From assembly GCA_918797485.1 (NCBI GenBank), contig CAKKNE010000001.1:1798001-1862000 (forward strand): DNA of 64,000 bases. Reading direction: 5' to 3'. The translations under genes were made by a program, and so were the position numbers. The notes under the pieces were generated by a model, which did no database searches, was not told the DNA's origin, and saw only the letters and a list, made by a program, of their open reading frames with translations. Within the stretch, counting starts at the first letter, position 1. The number at the start of each line of letters is the position of its first letter. Shown piece after piece: positions 32,374-46,233 of this stretch. The DNA is from Pelagomonas calceolata (Eukaryota).

Positions 32374-32645
32374 CTGTGTGGAAATCAAACAGTGAGTGAG
32401 GTTCGGATAAAGCGAGAATGCGGTCATGTCGCTCCTTTCTGGGACACGAAGCCGTCGAAACCACTTCGAGCGACGGCGAACATGTAGACGATCGATTTCT
32501 GAAAGCAACTTTCTGCACTGGCGGTCGCGGGTCCGTCTCGGGGAAACCGCCGAAGTCGGCGGCGCTCGCACCTGTGTGGAAATCAATCAGTGCGCGAGTG
32601 GCGCCGCAGAACTGTTGATTCGTGCGCCGGTCTGCACTCTTTACA
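32374..32645 (-). other. Two introner-type 3' ends (TGATTTCCACACAG) upstream of the PRTase-GIY-YIG-HSF ORF
   Basis: + strand CCTGTGTGGAAATCAA at 32373 and 32571 gives minus-strand acceptors ending at 32374 and 32572. Donors are ambiguous. Confidence 0.6.
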
Positions 32646-33639
32646 CAAAAACAAAACACCACGAACGCCAAAAGTTGCGCTAGATGCGCGGCCGGCAGGG
32701 CCGCAACACGCGGCAGGGCCGCAACACGCCGTCGACGCGGTTCGCCCGTCCGAGGCTCCGCGTCGTCGTCGTCCCGCGGCGTCGCCGCCGGCGCGCAGTG
32801 CGCCGAGCCACGGCTTGCCAACGCGCACTCGACGCTTGTATTTGCCCGGCCGGCGCCATCGTCCGCGCTGGGCGTCGAGACGTCGTCGGCGCGCACGGGC
32901 AGCGCTGCGTCGGCCGCGAGCGCGGGGACGATGGCGTCGGGCGCTGAAGCGGCGCCGGCGGGTGCGCGACCCCGAAAAGGGGCCGCGGCGAGCGCGCCGA
33001 CCGCGCTGGCTGCGCCGGCGGCGCACGTAAGCACGATGCCGACTAGGCTTGTGCATGCCGTGGCCACGGAGCCCTTTTGTCGGTCGTGGGCGCCAAGGCC
33101 GCGGCGAGCGCCGCGGCGGCCGCCGCCTTTGCACCGCACGAAGCCGCGCTTGGGCCTGCAGCACGGCCACACGCTGCGGCCGCCGACCTGCGAGGGATAT
33201 TTTTAGAGCAGCGATGATTAAATACGACGCCGCGACGTGCCGCGTAGCGCCCACGGCCAAAGCGAGACATCTAGCCTTTCATGTGGGATCCCAGCCAGGG
33301 AGGGCGGCGCGCAGCGCTGTGGCGCTGCGAGGCTCCTAAGAGAGCCATGTTTTGCGTTTGGCGTCAGCAGCAATGCATTAGTGAGCTGCGCCGCCGAGCG
33401 GCGTGTCGCCGACAGCAGCAGCAGCAGGCCAATTCCTAGCATGGCGCCCAGGCGCACGGCGCAGGCGCTTGACGCGCGCATTGCGCCTCAGACGAGCTGC
33501 TGCCTCTGCTGCATGGCACAAAACGCAGCCGTGCGGCTGCGTTGCTTGGGGTTTGGGGCTGCCCTTGCTGTTTGCTGGACGCGCCGACTAGCTAAGTCGC
33601 GGGTTCAGCACAACCGTGGGGATTGAACGTTGAAGTTGT

Positions 33640-34060
33640 TCTACTTACGGATGCTACTGCTGCTCCATATTGGATCTTCGATCTCATGAGAAATATTGAG
33701 GGGTCAGGGTCCACCGTGCCTGTGCCAAGGAACTAGTCGGCTAATTGATGAAGTGGCTATTGCTTTAAGGTCTTCTGTGATAGCAGCGTCGCGGATATTC
33801 GCAGGTGCAGGCGTTGGGCCCGTCTTCGCATAAATTCGGGGCTCCGAAGTCACCGACATCGGTGCCGTCGACGGGACACCTACTCCCTCACAGTAATCGT
33901 CTGACTGTGTTAGATGGACTCTTCCAATCCCAAATAGGCGTACACACATAAATATGTTAGAGTTGATGGGTCTAGAGGTTCCCTTTAGAAACTTTCTCTC
34001 GTCCACGGACCCCGGAAGCCATCCCTATTTATTACTCATTCACTCACCCAGCTGTGTATA
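33640..34060 (+). mobile_element. Possible decayed RNase H of a DIRS/Ngaro retrotransposon
   Basis: AT-richer, stop-riddled block encoding WIFDL..KVFCDSS and, further on, RW..THINMLELMGL, resembling the HINxLEL motif of DIRS-type RNase H. Confidence 0.35.
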
Positions 34061-35350
34061 ATTATCATGATAGTAGCGGGCGGTGCTGACGCGAGCTTAC
34101 TATTACTTCTACTTACTCACGGATCTATCAAATATTAAAATTGAGCATCGGCCCGGGGCTGAGCGAGGGCCCGCCGACGCCGCCGCGCGTCGTACCCGTT
34201 GGCAGTGTGACTCTGTAGAGCAGGTCTTACGCACCCGATGACCAGCGATACAAGGTATGGACGGGTGTGGACACGACGTTCATCTCAAAATGGTCCATTC
34301 GAGGTGGTGCTCGGTGGCGGGCAGTCTAATTATCCTGAAGACTATGTTCGCCCATACTCAAGCGACGGAAAAGGGCGAAGAACAGCCGCCAAACTATTCT
34401 TGCAGGTCCAGAAGCACACACAACGTCACGTCGGCCCGGCCGAGGCAGCGCAGTTTCGGCGGTACGGCGGCGGTAGCGAGGGAACTCCAATTCCACGTAA
34501 ACAACTTAGCGCCTCTATTAGCGGTTTGTCCGGCACCCTGGGAGTGGAACGTGGGGATTTGCAAGCGAGCGAGCGTGCAGCTCGCTGCCACGCTAGCTCG
34601 GCGTCCACGCAGCCGCTGGGCGGAGCGTCAACTGAAGCGCCGTCGAGTTAAAGCCACCACGGCGGCCGTCGGCTGCGCGTCGATGGCAGCGAGAGCGGCC
34701 CGCCCGCGCGCATGACGCGCACATGCGAGCTGCACCTTGCCTAGCCTAAAATCGAATTTGCCATGCGAGTTCCAATGACCACCGGAGTACACCCGCACCT
34801 GCATTTCACGTTCATGTCACGGGCAAGGGGCCGGGCTCAATCTCGTGCAGGAAAAGGGAGTTGGAGTCTAGAGGCGACGCGTTGCCTCCAGCTGCAGCTG
34901 TTGCTGCTTGGCAGCTACAGCAGGCACCTGGCTGTGGGCTGCAGCCCACTGGGCAGCCTCAGGGGCACCTGCGAGTGCAAGAGGCACGTTTTAAGCAAGT
35001 CACTGAGCTCGCTCCGCAGGCTAGTACCAATTCTTTCCTTCTAGCTTAATTGCGAGCGTCGGTGTTTGATTGGTGAAGTGAGCTATGCCCCCCTGGGCGG
35101 CGGTCCTCGGGTCTCGCAAGGGTCAGGAACGAGTCCCTGACGACGCAGCCCCACGGAGAGGTCGAAAGCAAATGAAACGCCGCCTAATTTCATGGATTAA
35201 CACCAAAATGTTCTTCAAGCTAGTGGGTTTTCAAGAACCGAGGGCTAGTATGTCAACCGGAAGTTGCGGCCGCTTTCGGTCGGTTTGCGTCGGCAGCTAC
35301 CGACTAATTTCCCAGCAGCCCAAACTGGCGACGAGGCGCAAAACTAGACC

Positions 35351-36133
35351 ATGGCAGCCATGATGCAGAGGCGCCTGGGAGCCAAGCTCCGGACCGCCGA
35401 CGACTACGCCACGGCCGACGAGGAGGAGATCAGGGAACTGAGCGCCATGACGGGCATCAAGTACAAGCAGCCGGCGCGCCGGCCGCAGCCGAAGCGCATC
35501 GCGGCGCCGGCCTCGACGCTCGTGAACCTGAACGAACTGAAGCAGCTGGCCGAGGAGGACGGCTCGCCGGTCAAGGCGCGCAAGGCGCTCGCCCCCCCGG
35601 AGACGGCCGAGCTCGGCGACGTCTGGTGGAACACGCACCGCGAGGAGGCCGAGGAGCCGGCGCCTGTGGCCCGGTCGCCGCCGCGGCCCGCATCATCTTC
35701 GGCGCGCCGGAAACAGATAAAGGCCGCGTCGGCGGCGTTCGTCGCGTCGGCGTCGACCGCGGCCGTTGCGTCGAACCGCCAGGCGACGGCCGGTCGCAAG
35801 AAAACAGCTCCGCGCCGAAAAACGCCCGACGCGCGGCGCGCGCCGCGCGGCGGCATCCTGGACGACGGCGCCGTGGTCCCGAGGCCGGGCGACCCCTACA
35901 AAGCGGCGTCGACGGCGCCGCGGCGGAAGACGCCCGAACCAGCGCCGCGCGTCGTCCGGACGGCGCGGGTCGAGCAGGCCGTGCCGCCGCCGCGGTCGAA
36001 GCCACGGAAGAGCCCCGCCGCGCTGCCCTCGCTGACCTGCGCGCCCGATACGTCCTTCGACCTCTTCGCGTGGCCCGGCGAGGCGCCGGCGCGCGACGAG
36101 GACGCGCTTGCGGAAAGGCTCGTCGCTCTATGA
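35351..36133 (+). CDS. Hypothetical protein (Pro/Ala/Arg-rich)
   Basis: ATG-initiated 260-aa ORF with strong GC3 bias; no domain recognised. Confidence 0.6.
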   Translation: MAAMMQRRLGAKLRTADDYATADEEEIRELSAMTGIKYKQPARRPQPKRIAAPASTLVNLNELKQLAEEDGSPVKARKALAPPETAELGDVWWNTHREEAEEPAPVARSPPRPASSSARRKQIKAASAAFVASASTAAVASNRQATAGRKKTAPRRKTPDARRAPRGGILDDGAVVPRPGDPYKAASTAPRRKTPEPAPRVVRTARVEQAVPPPRSKPRKSPAALPSLTCAPDTSFDLFAWPGEAPARDEDALAERLVAL

Positions 36134-37092
36134 ATAAGGTGTAGTAATTTTAGTTATCTAGACGGGCGACCGCACTACTAGCCTTCCGACGACGAGAGAA
36201 CGACGAGAAGGCCAACGCGCCGCCCACCGCTCTTGAATCGCACAGGTCGACCTCTGTATGCACTACCTTCACTGGTACCGCGTCGTCGCCGTGTTCTCGA
36301 CGACGGCGGAGCGCTTGGCTCAGGCCGAGCTCTCGCTCTTCCACGGCGCGGGCATCTCATACGTCGAGAACTAGGCGGCGGTGTCGCGGTCGTCGCACCA
36401 CGTCAAATACAGCTAGCGCGCGCCGCCGACTCGCTCGCGGAACACCCGCCGTCCCGGAGCGAGTTCTTGCGGACGGTCGCCATCTCGCCGCCGCAGGACG
36501 ACGAGCCAGCCCTTGTCTCTATCGGGCAGAGAGGCATTTCCTTGAGATAAAAGCAAAGATGCAAGCGGCGCCGTGCGGGCGCAGTTGGCCGGGCCTCGGG
36601 GGCAGCGTCGGCGTCGTCGAGCTGCGGGCAATGTCACACGGCGTCCCGAGCTTTGCTCTTCCTGTCCTTGTGTGGGCAGAGCCGGTGGTGGCCCGCGCCG
36701 GGCCCAGCGACGGGTCGCAGGGGCTGCTTGGGATTGCTGGGGGCGTCGGGTATGCATGTGTTTACGCTCGTCAGCCCTCTGGCGATTTTTTGGCACCCAA
36801 CTTTTTTGAAAGCATGCTTGCCGGGTCTAGAGCTCGGGGCGGGCCCGCCGAGAGGCATGGGAGCTTTCTTTGGAGGCGTTTGTTCGAGCAGATGGTATTC
36901 CGTAAAAGTGAGGTGTTGGTGCTCTTGCCAGCACGACACAATTGCCGCTTGCACGCTGGCAGTGTTGCGCTATCGCTTGCAAACATGGCGCAGCAGCGGT
37001 ACCCACCGCACTAATACGCTGCACGACACACGAAACCGCGTAAAAAAGCGACGCGCGTAAGCATTTACAAGACCAAACCAGCTCATTGCCAA

Positions 37093-38028
37093 ATGCGCAC
37101 CCGCGGCGGCGCCACGACGCGCCGCCCGTCGACGCGCTTCGGTGGCCAGCGCGGCAACGCCTCGCCGAGCCCCGGCGGCCTCGCGGGCGTCGGCTCGCCT
37201 TTACAAACTCTGTGCGAGCTGGTCGGCGGCGAGCGGGCCGCCCGCGCGGCGGCGGCGAAGCATCGATGTGGTAGGTTCGTCAAGCCGGGCCCCGAGGACG
37301 TCGCGGCCTACACGACGGAGCTGCTCACGGCGACGCAGACGACGCGGAACCCGGCGCGGGACTTGGACGGCCGACACCTCGGCGCGCGGAACAAGTTCGG
37401 CGTGACGCTGCTCCACAAAGCGCTGCGGTTCCCGAACTGGCGCGCGGCGCGCCACTTACTTACGGTAAGACCGGACCTCGCGAACGCCCGAGATGATTTG
37501 GGACGGGCGCCCCTACATGACGCGTGCTGGAACGAGCAGTTGGACTGGTCCGCCGTCGACGCATTGCTCGCGCGGGACCCCTGCCAGCTGCTCTGTGCGG
37601 ATAATCGGGGCCACACGCCTCTCTGCTACGCGCCGCAATGCTCGTGGCGGGCCTGGGCGCAATTTCTCCAATCTAGGAGAGGCTTCCTCGAGTGGGCCTT
37701 CGATGCGGATCGAGACGCGTGTAGCGAAGCGCCGGAGGACATTCTGGCGCTGCTGCCCTCGCGCAATCCGGTGGTGAGCGAGCCGTCGTCGGATAGCGAC
37801 GGCGGCGGTCCTCCGGTGAAGCGGCCGCGCGTCGCCGAGGAACCGCCACCGCCGCCTCCAACAACGTCGCCGCAGCGGCGGTCGCCGGCGCAGCGCTGGA
37901 CGGAAGTCGCGCGGTCCGTGCTCCTCGCGCACTGCCCGCGCTACGCCCCTGATAGACCCGCGCAGACGCCCGCGAACTCGCCGCCGCGCGACGGCCGGGC
38001 CCTGCCGGCGCCGCTGCCGCCACTCTGA
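37093..38028 (+). CDS. Ankyrin-repeat protein
   Basis: NKFGVTLLHKA, DDLGRAPLHDACW, DNRGHTPLCY. Confidence 0.8.
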   Translation: MRTRGGATTRRPSTRFGGQRGNASPSPGGLAGVGSPLQTLCELVGGERAARAAAAKHRCGRFVKPGPEDVAAYTTELLTATQTTRNPARDLDGRHLGARNKFGVTLLHKALRFPNWRAARHLLTVRPDLANARDDLGRAPLHDACWNEQLDWSAVDALLARDPCQLLCADNRGHTPLCYAPQCSWRAWAQFLQSRRGFLEWAFDADRDACSEAPEDILALLPSRNPVVSEPSSDSDGGGPPVKRPRVAEEPPPPPPTTSPQRRSPAQRWTEVARSVLLAHCPRYAPDRPAQTPANSPPRDGRALPAPLPPL

Positions 38029-38159
38029 TGAGAGACCTGCCCTGTGGACAACCTCGTACTAATACTTGTATCGCATTTTTTGTCTTTTGTCGCGGCTGTT
38101 GGCGTCTTTCCCCTTCGTCGTGGGCGTAGGCGTCGTCCGTCTATATCGCTACTTACGAG

Positions 38160-38560
38160 GCTACCACCGTCGACGGCGTCTCGCGGGCGCGGAGCGCGGC
38201 TCGCGCTTTTCGCGCCCGCTGCCCCCGCGGGTTAAGATTGTTTTTTGCTCTATGTTTATGCGGTACTAGGACTAGTGGGCAGAGTCACCTGTCGGACGTC
38301 GATTCCTGAACTCTCCAATGTCTCTGCCAACTCGGATCAACGGGATATACTAGCCCGTCCAGTAAATTCGCGGCGCGGAGCGCGGCTCGCGCGTGTCGCA
38401 GATCCCCCTCAATCCCCGCCGTGTTCGGGTGCGCGCCGCCGAGAACGCGTCGCGCGGTCCGTTCCACCTCCTCGAGCGTCGTCACGGCCTCGCGGAGATC
38501 GTCGAGCGTGGCGCCCTCAGCTTGGTAGAGCGCCTCCCCGTAATTCCACCGCATTCTGAG
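38160..38560 (-). pseudogene. Two further 3' fragments of the RINGv/TPR family
   Basis: 38366-38560 encodes LTLRMRWNYGEALYQAEGATLDDLREAVTTLEEVERTARRVLGGAHP..ARAALRA; 38170-38210 encodes ARAALRARETP. Confidence 0.7.
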
Positions 38561-38561
38561 C

Positions 38562-38786
38562 GTGAGCCAAGCGCCGACGCATCCGAGCCCCGCGCCGACT
38601 ACGGGCGGACCTACGGCCGAGCCTACTTCGGAGCCGACGGCCGCGCCTTCCACTGGTCAACCTACAAGCGAGCCCACGGCGCAGCCGTCCACCGCGACCG
38701 GCGAGCCCACAAGCGAGCCCACGGCGCAGCCGTCCACCGCGACGGCCGAGCCGACGAGCGAGCCGACGGCCGAGCCGTCCTCGTGA
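38562..38786 (+). pseudogene. Orphan Pro/Thr-repeat (PTxEPT) coding fragment
   Basis: Encodes PTAEPTSEPTAAPSTGQPTSEPTAQPSTAT..., has no ATG, and is joined head-to-head to the TPR fragment. Confidence 0.5.
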
Positions 38787-39158
38787 TTGACAAGACGTCC
38801 GCTGGAGCCGTTGTCCATTACCACTCCCCGTCCATAACACTTGACATTCCATGTCTCTCGCGGCTAACGGGCGCACGGCGAGATAAGTCGCCGCGTTGCT
38901 TCTACGTACTGCCCACGTCGAGACAAGTCCCAAAAATTCCTACTTAGCGCCAGCGTGGTAACATACTAGCTTGACTGCGCGGGCTCGGCTTCCTCTCAGC
39001 CGCCTTTGGCCATCGCGCGCACGCCAGCACATAGCGCTCGCGAGAGACTCCCGCAGCAGCGCGACCAACAAACCGCTGCGCCGCTACGCCGCCGCCGCGC
39101 CGTGCCGCCGAGAAAGCGCCCGCCGCTCTCCGGCTAGATTTGAAACTTACCACGCACT

Positions 39159-40253
39159 ATGGCCGACGCCATGGACGTCGACGCGCCCCCGCAACCTCCT
39201 ACGGTAGTAGCCGGAGCCCCGGTACCAGAGGCGCCGCCGGCCGCGCCTCTGACCAAAAAGCAGAAGCAGGCGAGAACGCTCGCGGCAAGACCCTGGGTGG
39301 AAAAATATAGACCAGCCTCGTTAGATGAATTGGTAGCCCACAAGGAGATCGTGGGAGTGCTTCGCCGATTAATCAAGAACGACAAGCTACCGCACACGCT
39401 ATTGTACGGCCCGCCCGGTACTGGTAAAACCTCTACGATATTAGCCGCGGCCAAGGACATGTACGGCCAGGGCTACAAGAACATGACGCTCGAGCTGAAT
39501 GCGTCCGACGACCGCGGGATCGACGTCGTCCGCAACGAGATAAAAGAGTTCGCTGGTACTCGCCGGTTATTCTCGAGCGGTATCAAGCTCATTGTATTAG
39601 ATGAGGCGGACATGATGACGAACGACGCCCAATTTGCATTAAGAAGGATCATCGAGAAATACACGGCGAACTGCCGGTTTTGCCTCATCTGCAACTACGC
39701 GAACAAGATCATTCCCGCGCTGCAGTCGCGGTGCACGAAGTTCCGATTCTCGCCCCTAGATCCGGAACAAGTACGCGGTCGCGTGGAGCACATCATCCAA
39801 GAGGAAAAAGTGAACATCAACCGCGACGCCATCGAAGCTTTGCTCAAAATGGGCCGGGGCGACATGCGCCGCGTGCTCAACGTCCTACAAAGTGCGGCCG
39901 TGGCCTATCCCCAGGAGATCACCTTCGAGAGTTTGTTCCTAGTTACGGGAAATCCCGTCCCCAAGCACATCGACGCGGTCTTCCAGTCGCTGTTGAATGA
40001 TTCATTTAATGATGCTCGCAAAACCTTACACGACATGTGCACGCTGAAGGGCTATGCTCTACCTGACGTCTTGACTTTATTAAATGAGCGGGTCCTAGAT
40101 ACGCAGTTGCCAAGGCGCATGAAGGCCCACCTACTCGCGAAGCTGGCCGACCTAGAATACCGCTGCGCGGCCGCGACGTCGGAGAAGCTCCAGCTGTCGG
40201 CGCTCGTGGGCGCGTTCGTGGCGGCTCGGGCGCTCGCGCCGGCCGAGGCCTGA
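39159..40253 (+). CDS. RFC5: Replication factor C small subunit (human RFC5 / yeast Rfc3 type)
   Basis: PWVEKYRP, LPHTLLYGPPGTGKTSTILA, LELNASDDRGIDVVR, LDEADMMTNDAQFALRRIIEKYT, IIPALQSRCTKFRF, GDMRRVLNVLQ. Confidence 0.9.
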   Translation: MADAMDVDAPPQPPTVVAGAPVPEAPPAAPLTKKQKQARTLAARPWVEKYRPASLDELVAHKEIVGVLRRLIKNDKLPHTLLYGPPGTGKTSTILAAAKDMYGQGYKNMTLELNASDDRGIDVVRNEIKEFAGTRRLFSSGIKLIVLDEADMMTNDAQFALRRIIEKYTANCRFCLICNYANKIIPALQSRCTKFRFSPLDPEQVRGRVEHIIQEEKVNINRDAIEALLKMGRGDMRRVLNVLQSAAVAYPQEITFESLFLVTGNPVPKHIDAVFQSLLNDSFNDARKTLHDMCTLKGYALPDVLTLLNERVLDTQLPRRMKAHLLAKLADLEYRCAAATSEKLQLSALVGAFVAARALAPAEA

Positions 40254-40435
40254 TGAGTTCCCTCTCGCGTAAGCGTGTTCTATCTATCCTGCGTGCTGGT
40301 GAGTGGATTCATCACGCGCTCGCGCGCGCGCGCGGGTATTTTACCCAGCTCGGGCCCCGTTTGCGATGATAGCGGGCCTAAGCTAGTCCGGAACTTGCCA
40401 TATCAATCCTCAGAGAGCAGAAAGTCACCGCACGT

Positions 40436-40463
40436 GCTTGCTAGTGTCTTACAGGCCGCTAGC
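40436..40463. promoter_or_regulatory. Recurrent upstream element
   Basis: GCTTGCTAGTGTCTTACAGGCCGCTAGC, ~195 bp upstream of ATG 40659. Confidence 0.6.
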
Positions 40464-40658
40464 TCCTGGGCTCGCAGCCATTGATCTTAAACCGCTGCAT
40501 TGCGACGCTCCGCTGACCCATTCCTTGGGCAAGATATCGTATATCGTCAAGCCAGCAGAGTTGCGCACGCTCGCGAAGCGATTGGCCATCGCTCAGGCTC
40601 TGGACTGATTTTAGCTGCAGAAGGCCGGCACTGCCTGTAGTCTCAGGGAGGCGCACGA

Positions 40659-44756
<4,098 letters not shown>

Positions 44757-45168
44757 GTCGTGGCGCGTGCCCTCCCTCGAAGTATATATCTGTCGTGTAT
44801 GAGTAGGCGGTACGTACTAGCGCGAGGTGCCGGGTCTTTAGCGTATAATGATACTTAGTAGGGGGAGGGGATCGGGGAGGGGAGGGGGGGGGGTGCTTCT
44901 TTGGCAGCGCTCAACCAGTTTTCATCATGAGCCGGGGGAGACGTCTCAACTCCTCTGCTGCTGTTGGAGTGTCTACCACGTATGCCCGGTAAAGTCATCG
45001 GTCACGGGGGAGAACAGCTGGCCGTTTTCGCCTGTGCCGTCCCCGTAAGCATATTCGATAAAACCGTTCGGCCCGAACCGCGCCATTTCCAGGTAAAGCT
45101 CTTTATCTTCGGTAAAATATCCATAATAGAAGTTGACCCAGGGCGGGAACTTCATGTCGCCTACCTAG

Positions 45169-46146
45169 GGCAGGGTCGCCGCCTTCGCGGAGTCCCCTTA
45201 CGCGGTGCCCGAACGCACTGTCGCGTATGGTCTTGACGGTAGCATCGCGGACGACTCTGACATGACGTGGGGGGCGCAGATCGCCGACGCCGTCCGAGGT
45301 GTGGGGGGGTCGTTACTAGATGGGGTGTTCAGTCAAGCGGGAGGCGTCGATTCGTATATTGCCCAATGCTACTTTACTCAGCCTCAGTTCTGTCCGGTGG
45401 CGCTCGGGCGGGCGGGCCCTTCGGTGGACAGGTTTGGCGAGGGCATGCCTGAGGAGTCGTCGAAGTACCTCGAGCTGGCGATGGCGGTGACGGTCGGGGG
45501 CGGCTACGTTGCGGACGTTGAGTGGTGGAATTACGGTTTCCCGTTCGAGGGAGGTGAACCCGCGATGCAGTCCCTCTTCTGGGCCCTGGAGAGCTCCTCC
45601 GCCTTCAAGTCGCTCGCTTTGCGGACGCCGCTCGACGTGGACAAGAAAAACGACGGGTACGCGATTCTTAGATACGACGCGATCGGCACGGGTGAAGGGG
45701 GCATAGCCGTCTACAACCTAGGCCCGAAGAAACAGACGATTTCTGTCACCATGCCGGCGGCCGCGATCGGTCAGTCGCCGACGGACCTCATGACCGGGAA
45801 GCAGCTGTCCACCCTGGGAGACACCTACGACGTCGAAGTGCCGGGCCAAGGTTACGTGCTCTTGGGGAACCTGTGGCCGGGCAAGTGGACGTCGCAAGGG
45901 TTTAAGAACTGTTACGAGGGGGCCGGCGCGTCGGGCAGCTCGAAATCAGTTGGTACCCTGTCCATCGCGGCGTGCATGGACAAGTGCCTCGAGTCCGACA
46001 AGAGTGATTGCGGTGGCGTCACTGTCGCCTGGACCGGAGACGGCAACGGCACGGTCGAGTGCTATCTTCGCAGCAACATCGACATAGGCCAGTGCGAAGA
46101 CGGCCAGAAGGACAAGCAGTGGTACACGACCTTCACGCGCGACTGA
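45169..46146 (+). pseudogene. 5'-truncated alpha-amylase-like (GH13-like) C-terminal part plus PAN/apple-like domain
   Basis: The frame opens after stop 45166 (GRVAAFAESPY..). Beta-sandwich-like YAILRY..IAVYNLG..TDLMTG..VEVPGQGYVLL is followed by Cys-rich NCYEGAGA..ACMDKC..CGGV..ECYLR. A15 run 55 nt after the stop. Confidence 0.45.
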
Positions 46147-46233
46147 TAGCGCACCAACCTCACGACGAGATCTCCCTTCCCCCATCCCTTCCCCAACACT
46201 AAAAAAAAAAAAAAATAGTCAGTAGCACAACAG

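Noticed and set aside
34238..35050. Short ORFs, e.g. the 137-aa MTSDTRYGRVW...
   Set aside because: No recognisable domain and weak codon bias; cannot be supported as genes.
36150..36550. Faint MBD-like stretch (GWLVVLRRR..PGRRVF) on the minus strand
   Set aside because: Interrupted by stops and too short and weak to call.
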